DNA from: Octopus vulgaris
Lineage: Eukaryota
Direction: 5' to 3'
Assembly (NCBI GenBank): GCA_951406725.2
Contig: OX597838.1
Span: 9,300,001 to 9,364,000, forward strand
Length of the DNA: 64,000 bases
Shown in pieces: positions 27,046 through 43,999 of the stretch (positions within the stretch are counted from its first letter, which is position 1; every line of letters begins with the position of its first letter). The position numbers were made by a program, and so were the translations under genes. The notes below the pieces were generated by a model. It had not been told where the DNA came from. It searched no databases and saw only the letters and a list, made by a program, of their open reading frames with translations.

Positions 27046-28268
27046 ATCCTACAGAGTAGCTTCCAGCTAAATATACAATGTGCATGTTATTACACAATTC
27101 ATTTATGATGTTTGTTTACATGTAGATGGAGAATAGATTGAATTATAAACAATACCGAACTTAAACTATTTTTTATATTCTGGCTTTATTTTCCTAATTT
27201 ACAAATGTTGTACTAGTATTTTATTGTTTGTTCGTGCAAAACATGGAATTCCACAGAATATGATATTTGATTATGCAAGTGTAAAGGAACATTCGTTTTC
27301 ATAGGACTTTGAACTCTTTCTAATCTCAATGATGAGCGCACCCTCCTCTCTTTTCTTATCTTTCCCATCCTGCTTCTTAAAGCTGACATCTTGAAAGGTC
27401 ATCTAGCTCTTGTGAGAAAATGTGTTTCTTTACAAACATTTGATAGGTATACAATGAAAAGGGAAAGAGGAGGAAGAAAAAAACAGAAAAAAGAAAAAAT
27501 GCTTTGTAATGAAATTTCAGTAGGTTGACGACATCAAATTAAAAGAAACATCTCTCTATCTCCCCCTCCCTCTCTCTCTATCTGTGTACTTATCTATATG
27601 CCAATCCATCTGTCAATCTATATATCTATCTACTCTTTACTTTTCTTCCTCTTTCTTGATTGTCCTGACACCTCTCTCTTTGTCTCTTTCCCCCATATTT
27701 GATTTTCTTCTCTCTTTCCCCTGCCCCCACAAAAAACAAAAATATTTTCTCTTCTAAACAAAGCAAAACAACATCCGATTCATATACACGAACAAGGAAA
27801 TGTTCTGTTTTTACCATTTTGATTTTGTTTTGATGAGTTCGATGAACGAAGCGAAGCACTAATAAAGAATTGTCCAAAATTTTGACTGCCTCCTTTTTCT
27901 CAATATATGTGTGTGTCGTTGTGTCTGTGTTTGTTCCTCACTTGACAACCGGTGTTAGTTTGATTACGTCCCTGAAACATAGCGGTTCGGCAAAACAGAC
28001 CCATGGAATAATAAATACTAGGCTTAAAAAGTAAGTACATGGTTAGATTTGTTCGACTGAAACCTTTCAAGGCGGTGCTCCAGCATGGCCGCAATCAAAT
28101 GAATGATTCAAGTAAAATAGTAAAAAGATTATATATATATATATATATATATATTACCGTCACTGTGACCGACCAGGCTATCAGATGTTGCTACACATCG
28201 CCGGTCACAATGCCCTTCGCATTGTTTTAGCCTTCAAATGACGCCACCCCGCTGGCTAAGCGAGCAGG

Positions 28269-28370
<102 letters not shown>

Positions 28371-28482
28371 GACAGACAGACAGAAGGAGAGAGAGAGAGA
28401 GAGGGAAATACATTCACACATACACACATAAGTACAAACATATACACATACATACAAGCAAACAGTCTTGCATACATATACA

Positions 28483-28780
28483 TTGTTGTTGTTGTTGTTG
28501 TTGTTTGTTCCTTCTCGAGCCATGCCTGGTTCATAAGGCCTGGTTTCCCGGTTTCCTTGGCGTATAGGTTCCCCACCTGGACGGGACGCCGGTCCGTGGC
28601 AGGTGAGTTGCAAGATGCAGGAGGAAAGAGTGAGAGAAAGTTGTGGCGTAAAAGTCAGCAGAAGTTCGCCATTAGCCGTGTTTCTCTCATAAGCACACAC
28701 ATCGCCTGGTCTGAGATTCGAACCCGTGATCCTTCGATCGCGAGTCCGCTGCTCTAACCACTAGGCTATGTGCCTTCACA
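28483..28780 (-). mobile_element. SINE with family-3-like head, different 3' half and (AAC)n tail
   Basis: Head TAGCCTAGTGGTTAGAGCAGCGGACTCGCG...GGTTCGAATCTC; shares CCACAACTTTCTCTCACTCT with family 3 and then diverges. Confidence 0.7.
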
Positions 28781-30122
28781 TACATATACATAACTGTGCT
28801 TTAATAGAACAAAGATGCACACACTGTATCAGGACAATTACCCCCATAGGATAATTCCCTCCGACGACAACTACCCCTTAGGACAATTACCCCCTCCTTG
28901 GTTAAATAACTGGAACAAGTAAAAGATAAAAGATATATGTATGTGTATGTATGTATGTATAAAGGGTAAAGACCCCATTCGGTCATGAATAATTTTGGGA
29001 TTGCACCTAGAAAGTTCCTCTCCGAGGCACAAGTCCGGGCAAGGTTGTTTATGGAAAACCAGCAGTCACCCATGCATACCAGCGATGTTATCCGGAGGAA
29101 AGGCAAAGGCCGATACAACTGGGCACCGGTGACATCGCAACTCATTCCTACAGCCGAGTAGAGCAACGTGAAATACATTGCCTTGATCAAAAACACAACG
29201 CACAGCCCGTCCCAGGAATCGAACTCGCTACCTCATGATTTTGAGCCCGACGTTCTAACCACTGGGCCATGCGCATTTACACACAAACACATGCATCTTA
29301 CCATACCATACGCCTAATGGCCTCCTGTCCCACTTTCTAGCGCCAAGTGTGTCACATATTTTGGCCCGTAAGGCCCAGGGATACACTTGCTTTGCTTTTG
29401 GTAGTCGCCAATACAAATTCAGATCATAATTAAATGTAATATCCTGCCATTGCATCTGACCATAATTTTGTCGGCAGATTTTTCTCTCTAAGGCTTTTTA
29501 AAATCTTATTGTTCGACCTTTTTTTTGTCTCTTGAGATCTAATTATTATTTTTTTTTTTATATTTTTATCCTTCCGTTTTTTTTTTTTGCCATCTTATTT
29601 TATTTATTCTTTGATTTCTTTTGTCTTTTTTATTTTGATAATTTTCACTCTTTCTCATCTGTCTTATTTCCTTCTCCTTCTCCTTCTCCTTCTCCTTCTC
29701 TCTTATCGTATTTATTTATAAATTTCATTATTTTTTTTGTAACTTTATATTTCTGCCTTTTTCCTCACCCTTTCCCTCCTCCCTCTCTCCCCCTCTCCCG
29801 CTCTCCGCTCTCCCGCTCTCCGCTCTCCCGCTCTCCCTCTCTCCCGCTCTCCCCGCTCTCCCGCTCTCCTCTCTCCCCCTCTCCTCCTCTCCCTCTCTGA
29901 TATTCCCTCACTGTTTGTTACGTTCTGTCATTTCTTTAAAATCTCCATTTTGTCGCTCACATTCTTTCTTCATCACAGTTCTTGCGATGCTAATTTCGTC
30001 GCTTACATTTCTCGCATGCTCAGGATTAATTAAGGGAAAAAGAGCCATGTAATGACCGTTGTCAGTCTGCCCACCAATACACAACAGATACGATGCTTTC
30101 CAGAGTGTTTTTTTTTACAGAA

Positions 30123-30157
<35 letters not shown>

Positions 30158-30159
30158 AG

Positions 30160-30325
30160 GCGCAGGATTGGCTGTGTGGTAAGTAATTTGTTTACTAACC
30201 ACATGGTTCCGGGTTCAGTCCCACTGCGTGGCACCTTGGGCAAGTGTCTTCTGCTATAGCCCCGGGCCGACCAAGGCCTTGTGAGTGGATTTGATAGACG
30301 GAAACTGAAAGAAGCCCGACGTATG

Positions 30326-30392
<67 letters not shown>

Positions 30393-30674
30393 GTGGGTTT
30401 GTGTGTCTGTGTTTGTCCCCCTAGCATTGCTTGACAACCGATGCTGGTGTATTTATGTCCCCGTCACTTAGCGTTTCGGCAAAAGAGACTGATAGGATAA
30501 GTACTGGGCTTACAAAAGAATAAGTCCCGGGGTCGAGTTGCTCGATTAAAGGCGGTGCTCCAGCATGGCCGCAGTCAAATGACTGAAACAAGTAAAAGAG
30601 TAAAGAGTAATTATACCAAAGCCTTGTGAGTGGATTTGGTAGACGGAAACTGAAAGAAGCCCGTCGTATATATG

Positions 30675-30711
<37 letters not shown>

Positions 30712-30912
30712 TTGTCCCCCTAGCATTGCTTGACAACCGATGCTGGTGTGTTTATTCTGTCCCCGTCACTTAGCGGTTCGGCAAAAGAGACCGATAGGAT
30801 AAGTACTGGGCTTACAAAGAATAAGTCCCGGGTTCGAGTTGCTCGATTAAAGGCGGTGCTCCAGCATGGCCGCAGTCAAATGACTGAAACAAGTAAAAGA
30901 GTAAAAGAGTAA
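30160..30912 (+). mobile_element. SINE family 2, full copy plus headless tandem copy
   Basis: 30160-30610 and 30616-30912 both end GAGTAATTATA. Other family 2 pieces at about 17150-17450, 27905-28110, 38200-38400, 42500-42670, 48910-49125, 56078-56218 and 58190-58980. Confidence 0.85.
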
Positions 30913-31224
30913 TTATACTTGAGTTAAATAATGCGTTCGTAAGAAGACCCATGATCCCTCCACTCCGAACCCTAAAGCATCAACTTGATATTATTCATCC
31001 TCTATGATTCTGAATTTACAAGGCCCTTCCTGCCAAGGGAGTGCTATCTCGTTCCGATTAGGGATCACGGCACTAGACGTCTCTCGCATGTATCGTTATA
31101 TATGTGTGACTGTAAAAACAGATTACAGGGATGTGGTTAAACATCTCCAGCTGGAAAAATAGTACTTAATGGTTGATAAGAGCCGTGCACTAAACGAGTG
31201 ACTGACTACTCACACGTCACGGGC

Positions 31225-31940
31225 TGTGGTGATGATGATGGTGATGGTTGTGGTGGCAGCGGCGATGGCGGTGACGATAGCGGTAGCAGTGGTGGTGATG
31301 GTGGTGTAGACGGTGATAGTAGTGGTGGTGGTGGTGGTGGTAGTGGTGGAGGTGTGGTGGTATTCGTGAGGATGATAATTGTGATGGTAGTGGTGGTGGT
31401 GGTGGTGGTGGTGGTGGTGGTGGTATTCGTGTGGATGATAGTTGTGATGGTAGTGGTGGTGGTGGTGGTGGTGGTGGTGGTGGTGGTAGTGGTGGTGGTT
31501 GTGGTTGTGGTGGTGATTGTGATGGTGGTGGTGGTGGTGGTGGTGGTGGTGTTCGTGCGGATGATAGTTGTGATGGTAGTGGTGGTGATGGTGGTGGTGG
31601 TGGTGGTGGTGTTCGTGCGGATGATAGTTGTGATGGTAGTGGTGGTGATAGTGGTGGTGGTGGTGGTGGTGGTGTTCGTGTGGATGATAGTTGTGATGGT
31701 GGTGGTGGTGGTGGTGTTCGTGCGGATGATAGTTGTGATGGTAGTGGTGATGGTGGTGGTGGTGGTGGTAGTGGTGGTGGTGTTCGTGCGGATGATAGTT
31801 GTGATGGTAGTGGTGGTGGTGGTGGTGGTGTCGGTGATGGCAGCAGTTGCGGTAGCAGTGGCGGTAGCGGTGATGGTGGCCGTGGCGGTGATGGTGATGG
31901 TTGTAGTTGTTGTTCTTATGGTGGTGGTGGTGGTGGTGGT
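31225..31940. repeat. (GGT)n tract with a higher-order repeat motif of about 30 bp
   Basis: TTCGTG(C/T/A)GGATGATAGTTGTGATGGT recurs 7 times, separated by variable (GGT)n. Confidence 0.9.
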
Positions 31941-33229
31941 GCAATTTCTTTTAAGAATGTAATTTTCTGTCATGACTAAACGTTTTCAACCGATTTTCTT
32001 GAAATTTTATACGCAGACAGAATATGCGCTACGGATGGGTTGAGATAAATAAAGTTTTATCAAAGCCACTCAAGCAAAACGTAAGATGATGTTTTTATTA
32101 ACTGATTAGCGAAATCTGGCCTAAATTGTTGTGGGGTTAAAATGTTCATCAATTATTTCAGCATCCTCAGGTTGCTGTAATATATATTTTCTTAACACCA
32201 GCACTTAGAATCACCGATTCTAAACGTTGCAACAATGTGTGCTGAAACATGTAATATGTATTTTCTTTATACCTGCACTCCAAATTGTCGGTTCCAACCG
32301 TTGTAATTGATATTTGATTCTCACGATCAGCGGAAGTATAGCTATGAAACACAGTCGTGAAATTAAGTGCCTTTTCTCTAAATAATAGAAAGAGTGGTGA
32401 AAGAGTACAGCAGGGATCACCACTCCCTACCGGAGCCTCGTGTAGCTTTTAGATGTTTTTTGCTCAATAAACATTCACAACGCCCGATCTGGGAATCGAA
32501 ACCGCGATCCTATGACCGCGAGTCCGCTGCTCTAACCACTGGGCCATTGCGCCTCCACTTAATCTTTGGTTTACTCTACAAAAGTCTATGTTCTTTTTTT
32601 TTTTTGCATGGCATTCCTTTACAATTCCCTTCTTGATGTTTCCATTGATTATTCATTTGCAGCTTTCCACGCACCTGACCAAAAGACTGTCATTTTCCGA
32701 TTACACCCGTATTTATTTGTATTATTGTTTCGTGAATAAATTTGCTTTCGCCTTCTATTATCAGTCCTATGTTTTGATTTCATTTTTCGTCTGAGAGAAA
32801 TTAGGTATTGTAATGGATACTGGGAATATCCCCGCACCCGGGTATTACCGGGTACCTCAGCTAGTAAATGATTAAAACAAATACAAACAAGTCTGGCAGC
32901 ATTATATATAAAGGTAAGAAAACCTACATGCTTAAAAAAACATTGTATAATACATAACCCACTTAGCTTTATATAAAGATATATTTTTGGCAACAGGTAA
33001 ATATAGATATATTTCAGTTTATTAATAGAAATAATTGAAACAGGAGAAAAATTATTAAGTCTTTACTTCTGTATTCAATAAATGATGTAACGAGAGAAAC
33101 ATGAGCTTGAGGCTTAGCCAAAAATATAAATAATTTCAAAATATGAAAATATTTTTCAGTATTACTTTATTTGACATATGAAACCTAGTTATCAAGATTA
33201 TGTATGTGTGTGTGTGTTTGCGATCGCGC

Positions 33230-33289
<60 letters not shown>

Positions 33290-33722
33290 GAAACAGGAGA
33301 AAAAATATTAAGTCTTTACTTCTGTATTCAATAAATGATGTAAAAACTGTCTGATGAACGGCAACGAGAAACTCAGAGTAACAGGTTTTGTTGAATTTTC
33401 TGCTGCTTTAAATGCAGCATATTACTCTACCACTGGTATTTGAGTACTCTTTTTTCTACCCTGTTTTACATTTATATGTTTACTCCGGTGTATATATATA
33501 TATGATCTCTTGATCACTACCAGCTCATATATTTTCTCCTCTGTCTTCCCTCCTTGGGATCTTTCCTTCTCCTTGTTTCCGACGAAGAGCTTCGCTCGAA
33601 ACGTTAAACCCTCCTTCCCTTCTTTCCTGAGCGTCAATAATACTTTAATTGTTCCACGTCCTGCGTTGCTGTGTTTTTTTCTCATTTTCTCTCTTTTTTT
33701 CTGTGTTTTCTTGTTTGGATTA

Positions 33723-33772
<50 letters not shown>

Positions 33773-33939
33773 TGCATGCATGTATGTCATTTGGGGTTTT
33801 TCACATTTTTGAGAAAATTATATCTCCTTGCAGTTTTGTGGTTTAATATATATATATATATAGGCTCAGGAGTGGCTGTGTGGTAAGTAGCTTGCTTACC
33901 AACCACATGGTTCCGGGTTCAGTCCCACTGCGTGGCACC

Positions 33940-34290
33940 AAATTAGTCGAACTACTTCTGTGAGGCATCTCCATCAGCTTGGCTAATATGGCAGAACAGC
34001 TCGATGGAAAATCTCTACATCAGCCAACAAATAACCACAGAAGAAAGGAGTGAGTAAATGAGACAGAGAGATCCATAGCTTTGTAGGAAACTGGAACACG
34101 GAAACCTGTGAAGTCGAATCGGGATTTGCATCATTTTCTGCCAGTGGATGTCAGTGGATCTGGACACTGCCCAATCGAGACCTTCATTGAAATCGGCTGC
34201 GACCAATTGTGAAAGAAAGCGGTTTTTCATTTATAGTGTGGGGAGCAATCTGGAGCATGGTTGTTAAGAACTGCTGAGGTGTGTTGACTT
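33940..34290 (+). pseudogene. Decayed Tc1-like transposase
   Basis: Fragments ISRTTSVRHLHQLG*YGRTAR, ESGFASF...WIW and VWGAIWS match Tc1 transposase order, with many indels. Confidence 0.5.
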
Positions 34291-35117
34291 CACAAACTCG
34301 GTAAAATGCATCTCCATCCTTCAGAAAGGATTCCTCTCAGTTTTCTCCAGTGGTTAGATGGTAAAAAAATTATATGTTACGTATGAAGGACATGGCTCCA
34401 TGTTGCACAGACATAAAATAAAATACAATGATTGGCAGGGGAACAACGGAATCAGGATAACTCCTTGGCCAAACCAGTTTCCTGATATCAATCCAGATCT
34501 TACGTCCTAAGCTCAAAATCCGCCGAGGAACTACGTAACAGTTTCGCACTAGAGTTGGTGTGATCGATTTTTCCCCTCCCCTCAAATTTCAGGCATTGTA
34601 ATTTTAGTAGGAAGGATATGAACCCAGATGGATACCTTTGGTGTATACTGGACAGAGTAGAGCGAAAAAAAAAAAAGCCACGAAAATCAACATCAAAGGC
34701 AAGTTTGTTCAATATGTTGCGTCCTCGCTAGGACAGAAATTCCACCTACGACAATTTCTGAACTCATTGGTACGATGTCCAAACGGATTAAAAAGTCAAA
34801 ATCCGCACAAGCTATGTCTGCTAAATACTAGATTGTGTATTTAAAGGTTTCCAATAACAATTTTGTTTCTAGAAGTAAATTTTCCAAAAAGATGATGACA
34901 ATTATATTTTTGAGATGAGTGTGTATGTGTGTGTGTGTGCGTCTGTGCGTCTGTGTGTGTGATTGTGTGTGTTTGTGAGTGTGTGTGTGTACTTATGTAT
35001 GTATATATCTAATATATACATATGTGTGTGTGTATATATATATTTATACACGCACACACATATATAAATACATGTGTGTGTGTACGTATATATATGTGTG
35101 TATGTGTATATGTGTGT

Positions 35118-35148
<31 letters not shown>

Positions 35149-35991
35149 AGAGTGTAAGTATAAAGGATCAGTTGAGATATGAGGGAGATTTTGGATGCTA
35201 TTTCTAGTAGGCCGAGTTACCACATAGAGGCATTCCCCCGCCCTCAACGTTGGGTGGTAACAGTAGTCGCCAGCATCTCTCAGTGGGTGATCACAGCTGG
35301 GGCAGAGGGGGTGGGTTTTGTAGCATAAATAGCACTTGTATTAACAGACTCGCTGCCACCGCCATCGCCCCTACAACCACCACCACCACCACTACCACCA
35401 CCACCACTACCGCCATCAGCGCCACCACCACCACCAGTAACGGCAACAGCGTCAAAATAAAAATACATATCTTTCAAACGCTGGCACAGAGCCACGAATC
35501 ATTTTCGTTGTGGGGGGGGGGCAAGAGAGGAGATAAGGCGCGCGTTGTTTAACAGACTACAGTATTCGGATGGTTATTTTACTGACCCAGAAACGCTAAA
35601 GAAGGGCGCAGTGAATTTATAAAGATCCCACCACATCCCGTACTTGTCTTGTAGCATGTTTTAGAGCAACACATTGAAAGGATGAAAGCAGAAGTCGGCC
35701 TCGGCTAAGATTCGAACTAAGGACCAGGATAACTTAACATAGCAACCTTATATTATAATAGTAAAACTCAAGACTGCTGGCGCAATTCGAACTCGCGTAT
35801 TAAACGGTGACAACTGATTACTGCAATGCAACAGGTTCTGTTATATATCGTTCCAGTGGTAATGGTGTCAATAAGACCCAAATGTGTCAGGTAATGCTGA
35901 GTAAGTGGTATGGACAGACTATAGTTAAGCTCCAGGTTCGGTGATTATGCGAATGAGGAGCATGTGTATATATTAAAAAAATATATATTCG

Positions 35992-36074
<83 letters not shown>

Positions 36075-36078
<4 letters not shown>

Positions 36079-36278
36079 AAAGTTTACGAAAAAAACAAAA
36101 GACGAAGACAGGTAGTGTACAAAACAAACAGATGTATTAGTATAGCGCTCAGGAATAGAAAACGTCTTTTACATTTCGAGCCTACGCTCTTCTACAGAAA
36201 GGGACACAGAAAAAACAAGGAGAGAAACAAGGAGAGAAAAAAATGTGTGTATTGGCTAGCGATCTATCATGGAGGCTG
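36075..36278 (-). mobile_element. TA-flanked repeat (family D) with hammerhead-like motif at 36166-36201
   Basis: Minus strand: CTTT-CTGTAGA-a-GAGC(gtag)GCTC-GAAA-TG-TA-AAAG. Homologue at 58650-58790, nested in the microsatellite of a family 2 SINE. Confidence 0.55.
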
Positions 36279-36613
36279 ATATATATATATACATATATAC
36301 CCACATACACACACACGTATATGTATATATGTATGTCATTGTCATTTTATGTGTCCATTCCACCACTTGACAAACGGTGTTGTTTTGTTTACGTGTTTAT
36401 AACTTAGAAGTTTGGCAAAAGTAGCCGATAAAATAAGTACCAGACTTTAAAAAGAAAGTAAAGCAGTAGGGGCGACTTACATTGCCATACCATTGAAGAC
36501 GGAGTCTCTGGCAGGCTACTACCCAAAAACTCTTCATAAGTAGCTCATATCCCAAACCGTCTCTTGTTCCAACGCTAGCTTTGAACATATGAAATTGAAA
36601 GAGAATCAGAGAG

Positions 36614-36644
<31 letters not shown>

Positions 36645-37431
36645 GCTGGAGAAGAAGAGAGGGAAGAAGTTAGTGCCTAGTGCGTGTTACAGCGTAAACC
36701 AATGACACTCAACGATTTTTTTGTTATAACTGTGGACCCCTTTAATTCCTGTGTTTTTTTTTAAATTCTGCTGGGCCCTAATAAACATTCGATGTTTAAG
36801 AAAGCCCCATTATATTTTTATCATTAAAAATCTTTAGGAGTCGTATTACAGAATTCGTGAAATATTTTGTGTCCGTATTGTAAAAGTCTAAGGAATTTAT
36901 GGTACATAAATTTTAACAACGAGATCTTATGCGGACCCCACCAAGGGCCATGCGAACTGCGGTTGAGAACCCCTGGGCTAAATGAATAACGTTGATGTCA
37001 ATGCATATCAGTTGATTTTGATGTTGTATAAGGAAGCTTCCACATGGTCGCCTGATCCGATGGAAATGGCCGCCAAACCTCTCTCATATCACAAGCTACC
37101 TTCTTAAAGGCAATGTAGTGTTCAAAAGAAAAGAAGTGCTTCCTTGTAGATCTGTTGCTTAATCAGAACTGACATGCAGGTTATAGCAACAGCAACGCTA
37201 ACAGCAACAGCTGAAGTGCAATAACAACAAGAACAACGATAACAACAACAATGGCAACAACAACGTCAAAGTTTACATCGAGAACACCATGAAGCAGCCC
37301 CTGCGCAGACGGTCGAACTACTTGAAAGAAAAAAAAAAAGCAGCCGCGTTTTCCTCAAACCACAGCCAGCCGTCTTAAGTTTTGTGAAAATGAAACGTAG
37401 ACAAATGGCGTCTTTTATATAACAAACCAAA

Positions 37432-37474
<43 letters not shown>

Positions 37475-37533
37475 ACATATATATATATATGCATGCATGT
37501 ACGTATGTATGTATGCATGTATATATATATGTT

Positions 37534-37581
<48 letters not shown>

Positions 37582-37596
37582 TATACACACATATAT

Positions 37597-37649
<53 letters not shown>

Positions 37650-37702
37650 CATATATATATATACCTATATATATACATATATATATATATATACATATAT
37701 TC

Positions 37703-37756
<54 letters not shown>

Positions 37757-38661
37757 TTATATATATTACGTAAATTAGGTGTAAACTGACACAGACCGGC
37801 TTTTCTCCCGTCTCCAAACCATTATAATTTCTGGCTTTGGCACAATTCCACGTATAATTGTTCGTTGGTTCCTCGTGGAACTGCATACCTGAGACGCTGT
37901 TGGATTATTTATTTTATTTTATACATTCCGGTCAAGGCCATACTGGAGTAGATCCGTCATAAGTAGAGGCAACCTGTACTTTGTCGCTCCAAATGTGAGA
38001 AATTACTGCCAAATCTTCCCTTGGTCACAAGGTACTGTCTTAAGGAAGCAAAAAGTGAGTGGGATGGGAGTTGCATATTAGAAGACGTAGTCTGGAAGGA
38101 AAGACTGTATGGTCACGTCTGGAATGTCTTTGATCATGGGTTTTACATGCGTTTAATAAACAATAAAACCCCAAATTTTCTCATTTATATCTTTATCTCA
38201 TCCTTGTTTTAGTCATTTGACTGCGGCTTTGTTGGGGCACCGCCCTGAGGGGTTTTAGTTGAACAAATTACCAAAACTTAATTTTTAAGCCTAGTACTTA
38301 ACCTATCGGTCTCTTTTTCCGAACCCTTAATTTACGGGTACGTAAACAAACCAACATTGGTTGTCAAGCGGTGTTGTGGGACAATCACAGATACAAAGAA
38401 TCATGCATATAAAAATATAAAAATTTATAAATATAAATTAAAAAATTTCAAATTTTAATAATTTAAATTTGTATATTTTATATATATATTGTATATTATA
38501 TTAATTATATTTATTTTTTGTTTTTTATGTTTTGGTTTATGTCTATCACTCTTTGAGTTGCCTAATAGTGGTTTTATCTCTAATTTATATTTTATATTTA
38601 TACTTTGAAATTTGATTTAATCCTAAATCTAATTTTTCCCTGTAAGTTTGGAAATACTCCC

Positions 38662-40415
<1,754 letters not shown>

Positions 40416-40855
40416 CATGGGGTTGGGGTGTAAAACGAAAATATTCTGGCTTAAATGGAAAGAGAGCGTGACATGGACAGAGAACGAACTTCGAGAAGAA
40501 TTCGAAACTCTTGTTAATGAATTTAACCAATAATTTGCTTGCCATTTTAATGCACCACTTTCCTTCCTCTACAGAGGCATAATGATTTATTTAATGAAGT
40601 AGACAATATCACTGCCTCCATCAAACACCACAGTCTACACATATCTACGTTTACAACCAAACTACAAGTTTAGGAATAAATCAACTAACACATTCGGTTG
40701 ATATTCCGCTCCAAAGGAGAGGTATTACGTGCGTCAGTTACACAACCTGTTGGTATCCAAAGGAGAACGCGACGCTCACCGCTAGCGAATTCAAGACTCG
40801 TAACAATCTACATCCTTACTCCTTTAGATCCTCTGTGTATGTGTGTGTGTGTGTT

Positions 40856-40893
<38 letters not shown>

Positions 40894-42463
40894 CACATCA
40901 TTCAGTATACCAGTTTATATAAACCACTGGAAAATGGTGCAATTACAGCGTATATGCATTCCATAGATACGCAGTATGTATATATGTTCTCGTTTGCGTG
41001 CACGCGTGCGTGTGTGTATAATTGAAACAGGTATAGTGAAGTGTATTATAAATACAGTGTACTTCAGAGTTGCAAAAGCTATGCGTTAATATCGTTTATT
41101 ATCTCTGAGATTCAAAGGCGGCGAGCTGGCAGAATCGTAAGCACGCCGGGCGAAATTCTTACCGCTATTTCGTCTGCCTCTACGCTTTGAGATCAAATTC
41201 CGCCGATGTCGACTTTGCCTTTCATCCCTTCGGGGTCGATTAAATAAGTACCAGTTGAGTACTGGTGTCGATGTAATCGCCTAGTCCCCTTTCCCCAAAT
41301 TTGAGGCCTTGTACTTCCAGTAGAAAGGACTATCTCTGAGATTCAAGCAAATAATAGAATCATACCCGCTGAATTCAGTGAATGTGATTGAAAATTAGCT
41401 TCAAGTTATGACTTAACATTCTTGTTTTAAACGCGTCACCTATGAGGCAGATATCGGCACACGTATAGATATAATATGGACGAAATGGCTCTAAACATGT
41501 GGCCCGGTGCGCTAATGGTCCTGCTATATCGCCACCTTCACATACAGAAATATCGGTTTCAAATGTTGGCACAGGGTCAGTAATTGAGGGGAGGGGGTAA
41601 ATCGATTGCATTCGCTCCAATGATCAACTGGTACTTATTTTATCGCCCCAAAAGGATAAAAGCCTAAGTCGACCTCAGTGATATTTGAACTCAGATCGTA
41701 AAGACGGACGAAATACCGCTAAGCATTTTGCCCAGCTTGGTAGCGATTCTGCCAACTCGCCACCTTGGCACAAGGCTAGTAAGTTCATGGGAAGGAGTGA
41801 TTCGATTACATCGATCCCCAGTGATCAACTGGTACTTTATTTTATCGATCCGTTAGGAATGAAAGGCTAAGTCAACCTCGGTGGCATCTAAACTCAGATT
41901 GCAAACGACGGACGAAATGCCGCAAAGCATTTTGTCCGGCGTGTCAACAATTCTGCTGGCTAGCCAACCGCACATACAGAAATTTTCCTCTAAACGTTGG
42001 ATACTATCGAGCAGAGGTGGAGCATAGCGTCGGCTACTATGCATATTAGTTAAATGTAGGATTGAGCTAGTAAATCGCTAGTTTAGATAAACAGTGTCGG
42101 CATATATATTGTCTGTCTATCTGTCTGTCTTTATGTATGTATGTATGTATGCATCTATCTATCTATATCTATATCTATAACTATACATGTGTACATATAT
42201 ATATATATATATGCGCACGTATGTGTGTATGTTTGTATGTATGTGTGTATGTGCATGTGTATGGACGCACACGCGTTTGTAAATATACATACACATGTGC
42301 ACAAGGTTTTCATCAATGAGATTGGCTAACCACTGAGCTAGTAGTAGTAGTAGTAGTGGTGGTGGTGGTGGTGGTGGTGGTGATGGTGGAGACAGTGTCG
42401 TTGTACATAAACACTGGGGATATATACAAACCAACACCGGTTATTCAGTGGTAGGCTCAATCC

Positions 42464-42494
<31 letters not shown>

Positions 42495-42836
42495 ACACAC
42501 GACGATCTTCTACACAGTTTCCGTCCATTAAATTCAGTCACAGAATCAAAGGTCGGCTCCTCCGGGCTGCAGCCGCAGACACTTGGGCCAACGCGTCCCG
42601 AAGCGGGACTGAAACCCGAACCACGTTGTAGGTTGCAAAGCGAACTTCTTAACCACGCGGCCACGCCTGCTCTTTACAGCGGTGGTAGCAGAAATAAACA
42701 TGGATTCAGCTGGAAATCGAATCCACAATATGGTCTCGCGATCTTGGAATTTCAGTCGGGTCAGGAATCTAGCGATAACGACGGAGGTTTGCAGCAGCAC
42801 TATTTCAGAAGCTGTGCTTTACAGGTGGCGGGGCAT

Positions 42837-43025
<189 letters not shown>

Positions 43026-43563
43026 ATAGTAGTAGTAGTAGTAGTTTAGTAGTAGTAGTAGTAGTAGTTTAGTAGTAGTAGTGATGGTGGTGGTGGTAGT
43101 AGTAGTAGTAGTAGTAATAGTGGTAGTAGTAGTAGTGGTAGTAGTAGGGGTGGTGACGGCGTCGGAGGAGGCTGTGGCGGTGACGACAGTGGTGGCAGTA
43201 GCGGTGGTGGTAGCGGTGGAAATGGCAGTGGTGGTGGTGGTAGTAGTGGTGGTGGTGGTGGTGATGGTGGTGGTGGTTGAGGTGTTGGTTTACCTGTCAT
43301 AGTAGTAGTAGTAGTAGTAGAGAAGGTAGTGGTGACAGGTAGTGGTTCCAGGAAGTAGTAGTTTAGTGATAGTAGGGTAGTAGGGGGGGAGTAGGAGAAG
43401 ATAAAGGAGGAGGGGAAAGAAACGGTGGAGGGGTGTCTTCTGGTTGTGGTGGTCGTGGTGGTGGTCATGGTGGTAGCGGTGACGGGTTTGGTTTGTTATC
43501 GTCGTTGTTGGAGAAAAAGTGAGTTACGGAGAAAGAGAGAAAGAAAGCGGAAGAGAAATGAAG

Positions 43564-43643
<80 letters not shown>

Positions 43644-43698
43644 AGTGTGTGTGTGTGTATGTTTCAATGTGTGTCTGTGTGTGTGTCTGTGTGTGTTT

Positions 43699-43743
<45 letters not shown>

Positions 43744-43931
43744 GGTGTGTGTGTGTGTTTGAGTGTGTATGTGTGTGTGTTTCTCTGTGTGTGTGTGAGA
43801 GAGAGAGAGAGAGATCAAAACATCTGTATTTTCCGGGTCTGTTTGAGAGGAAGAAGCAAGAAATAGAAGCAACTAGCATGACAGCAAGATGAGTAGTAGT
43901 AGTAGTAGTAGTAGTGGTAGTAGTGGTAGTG

Positions 43932-43999
<68 letters not shown>

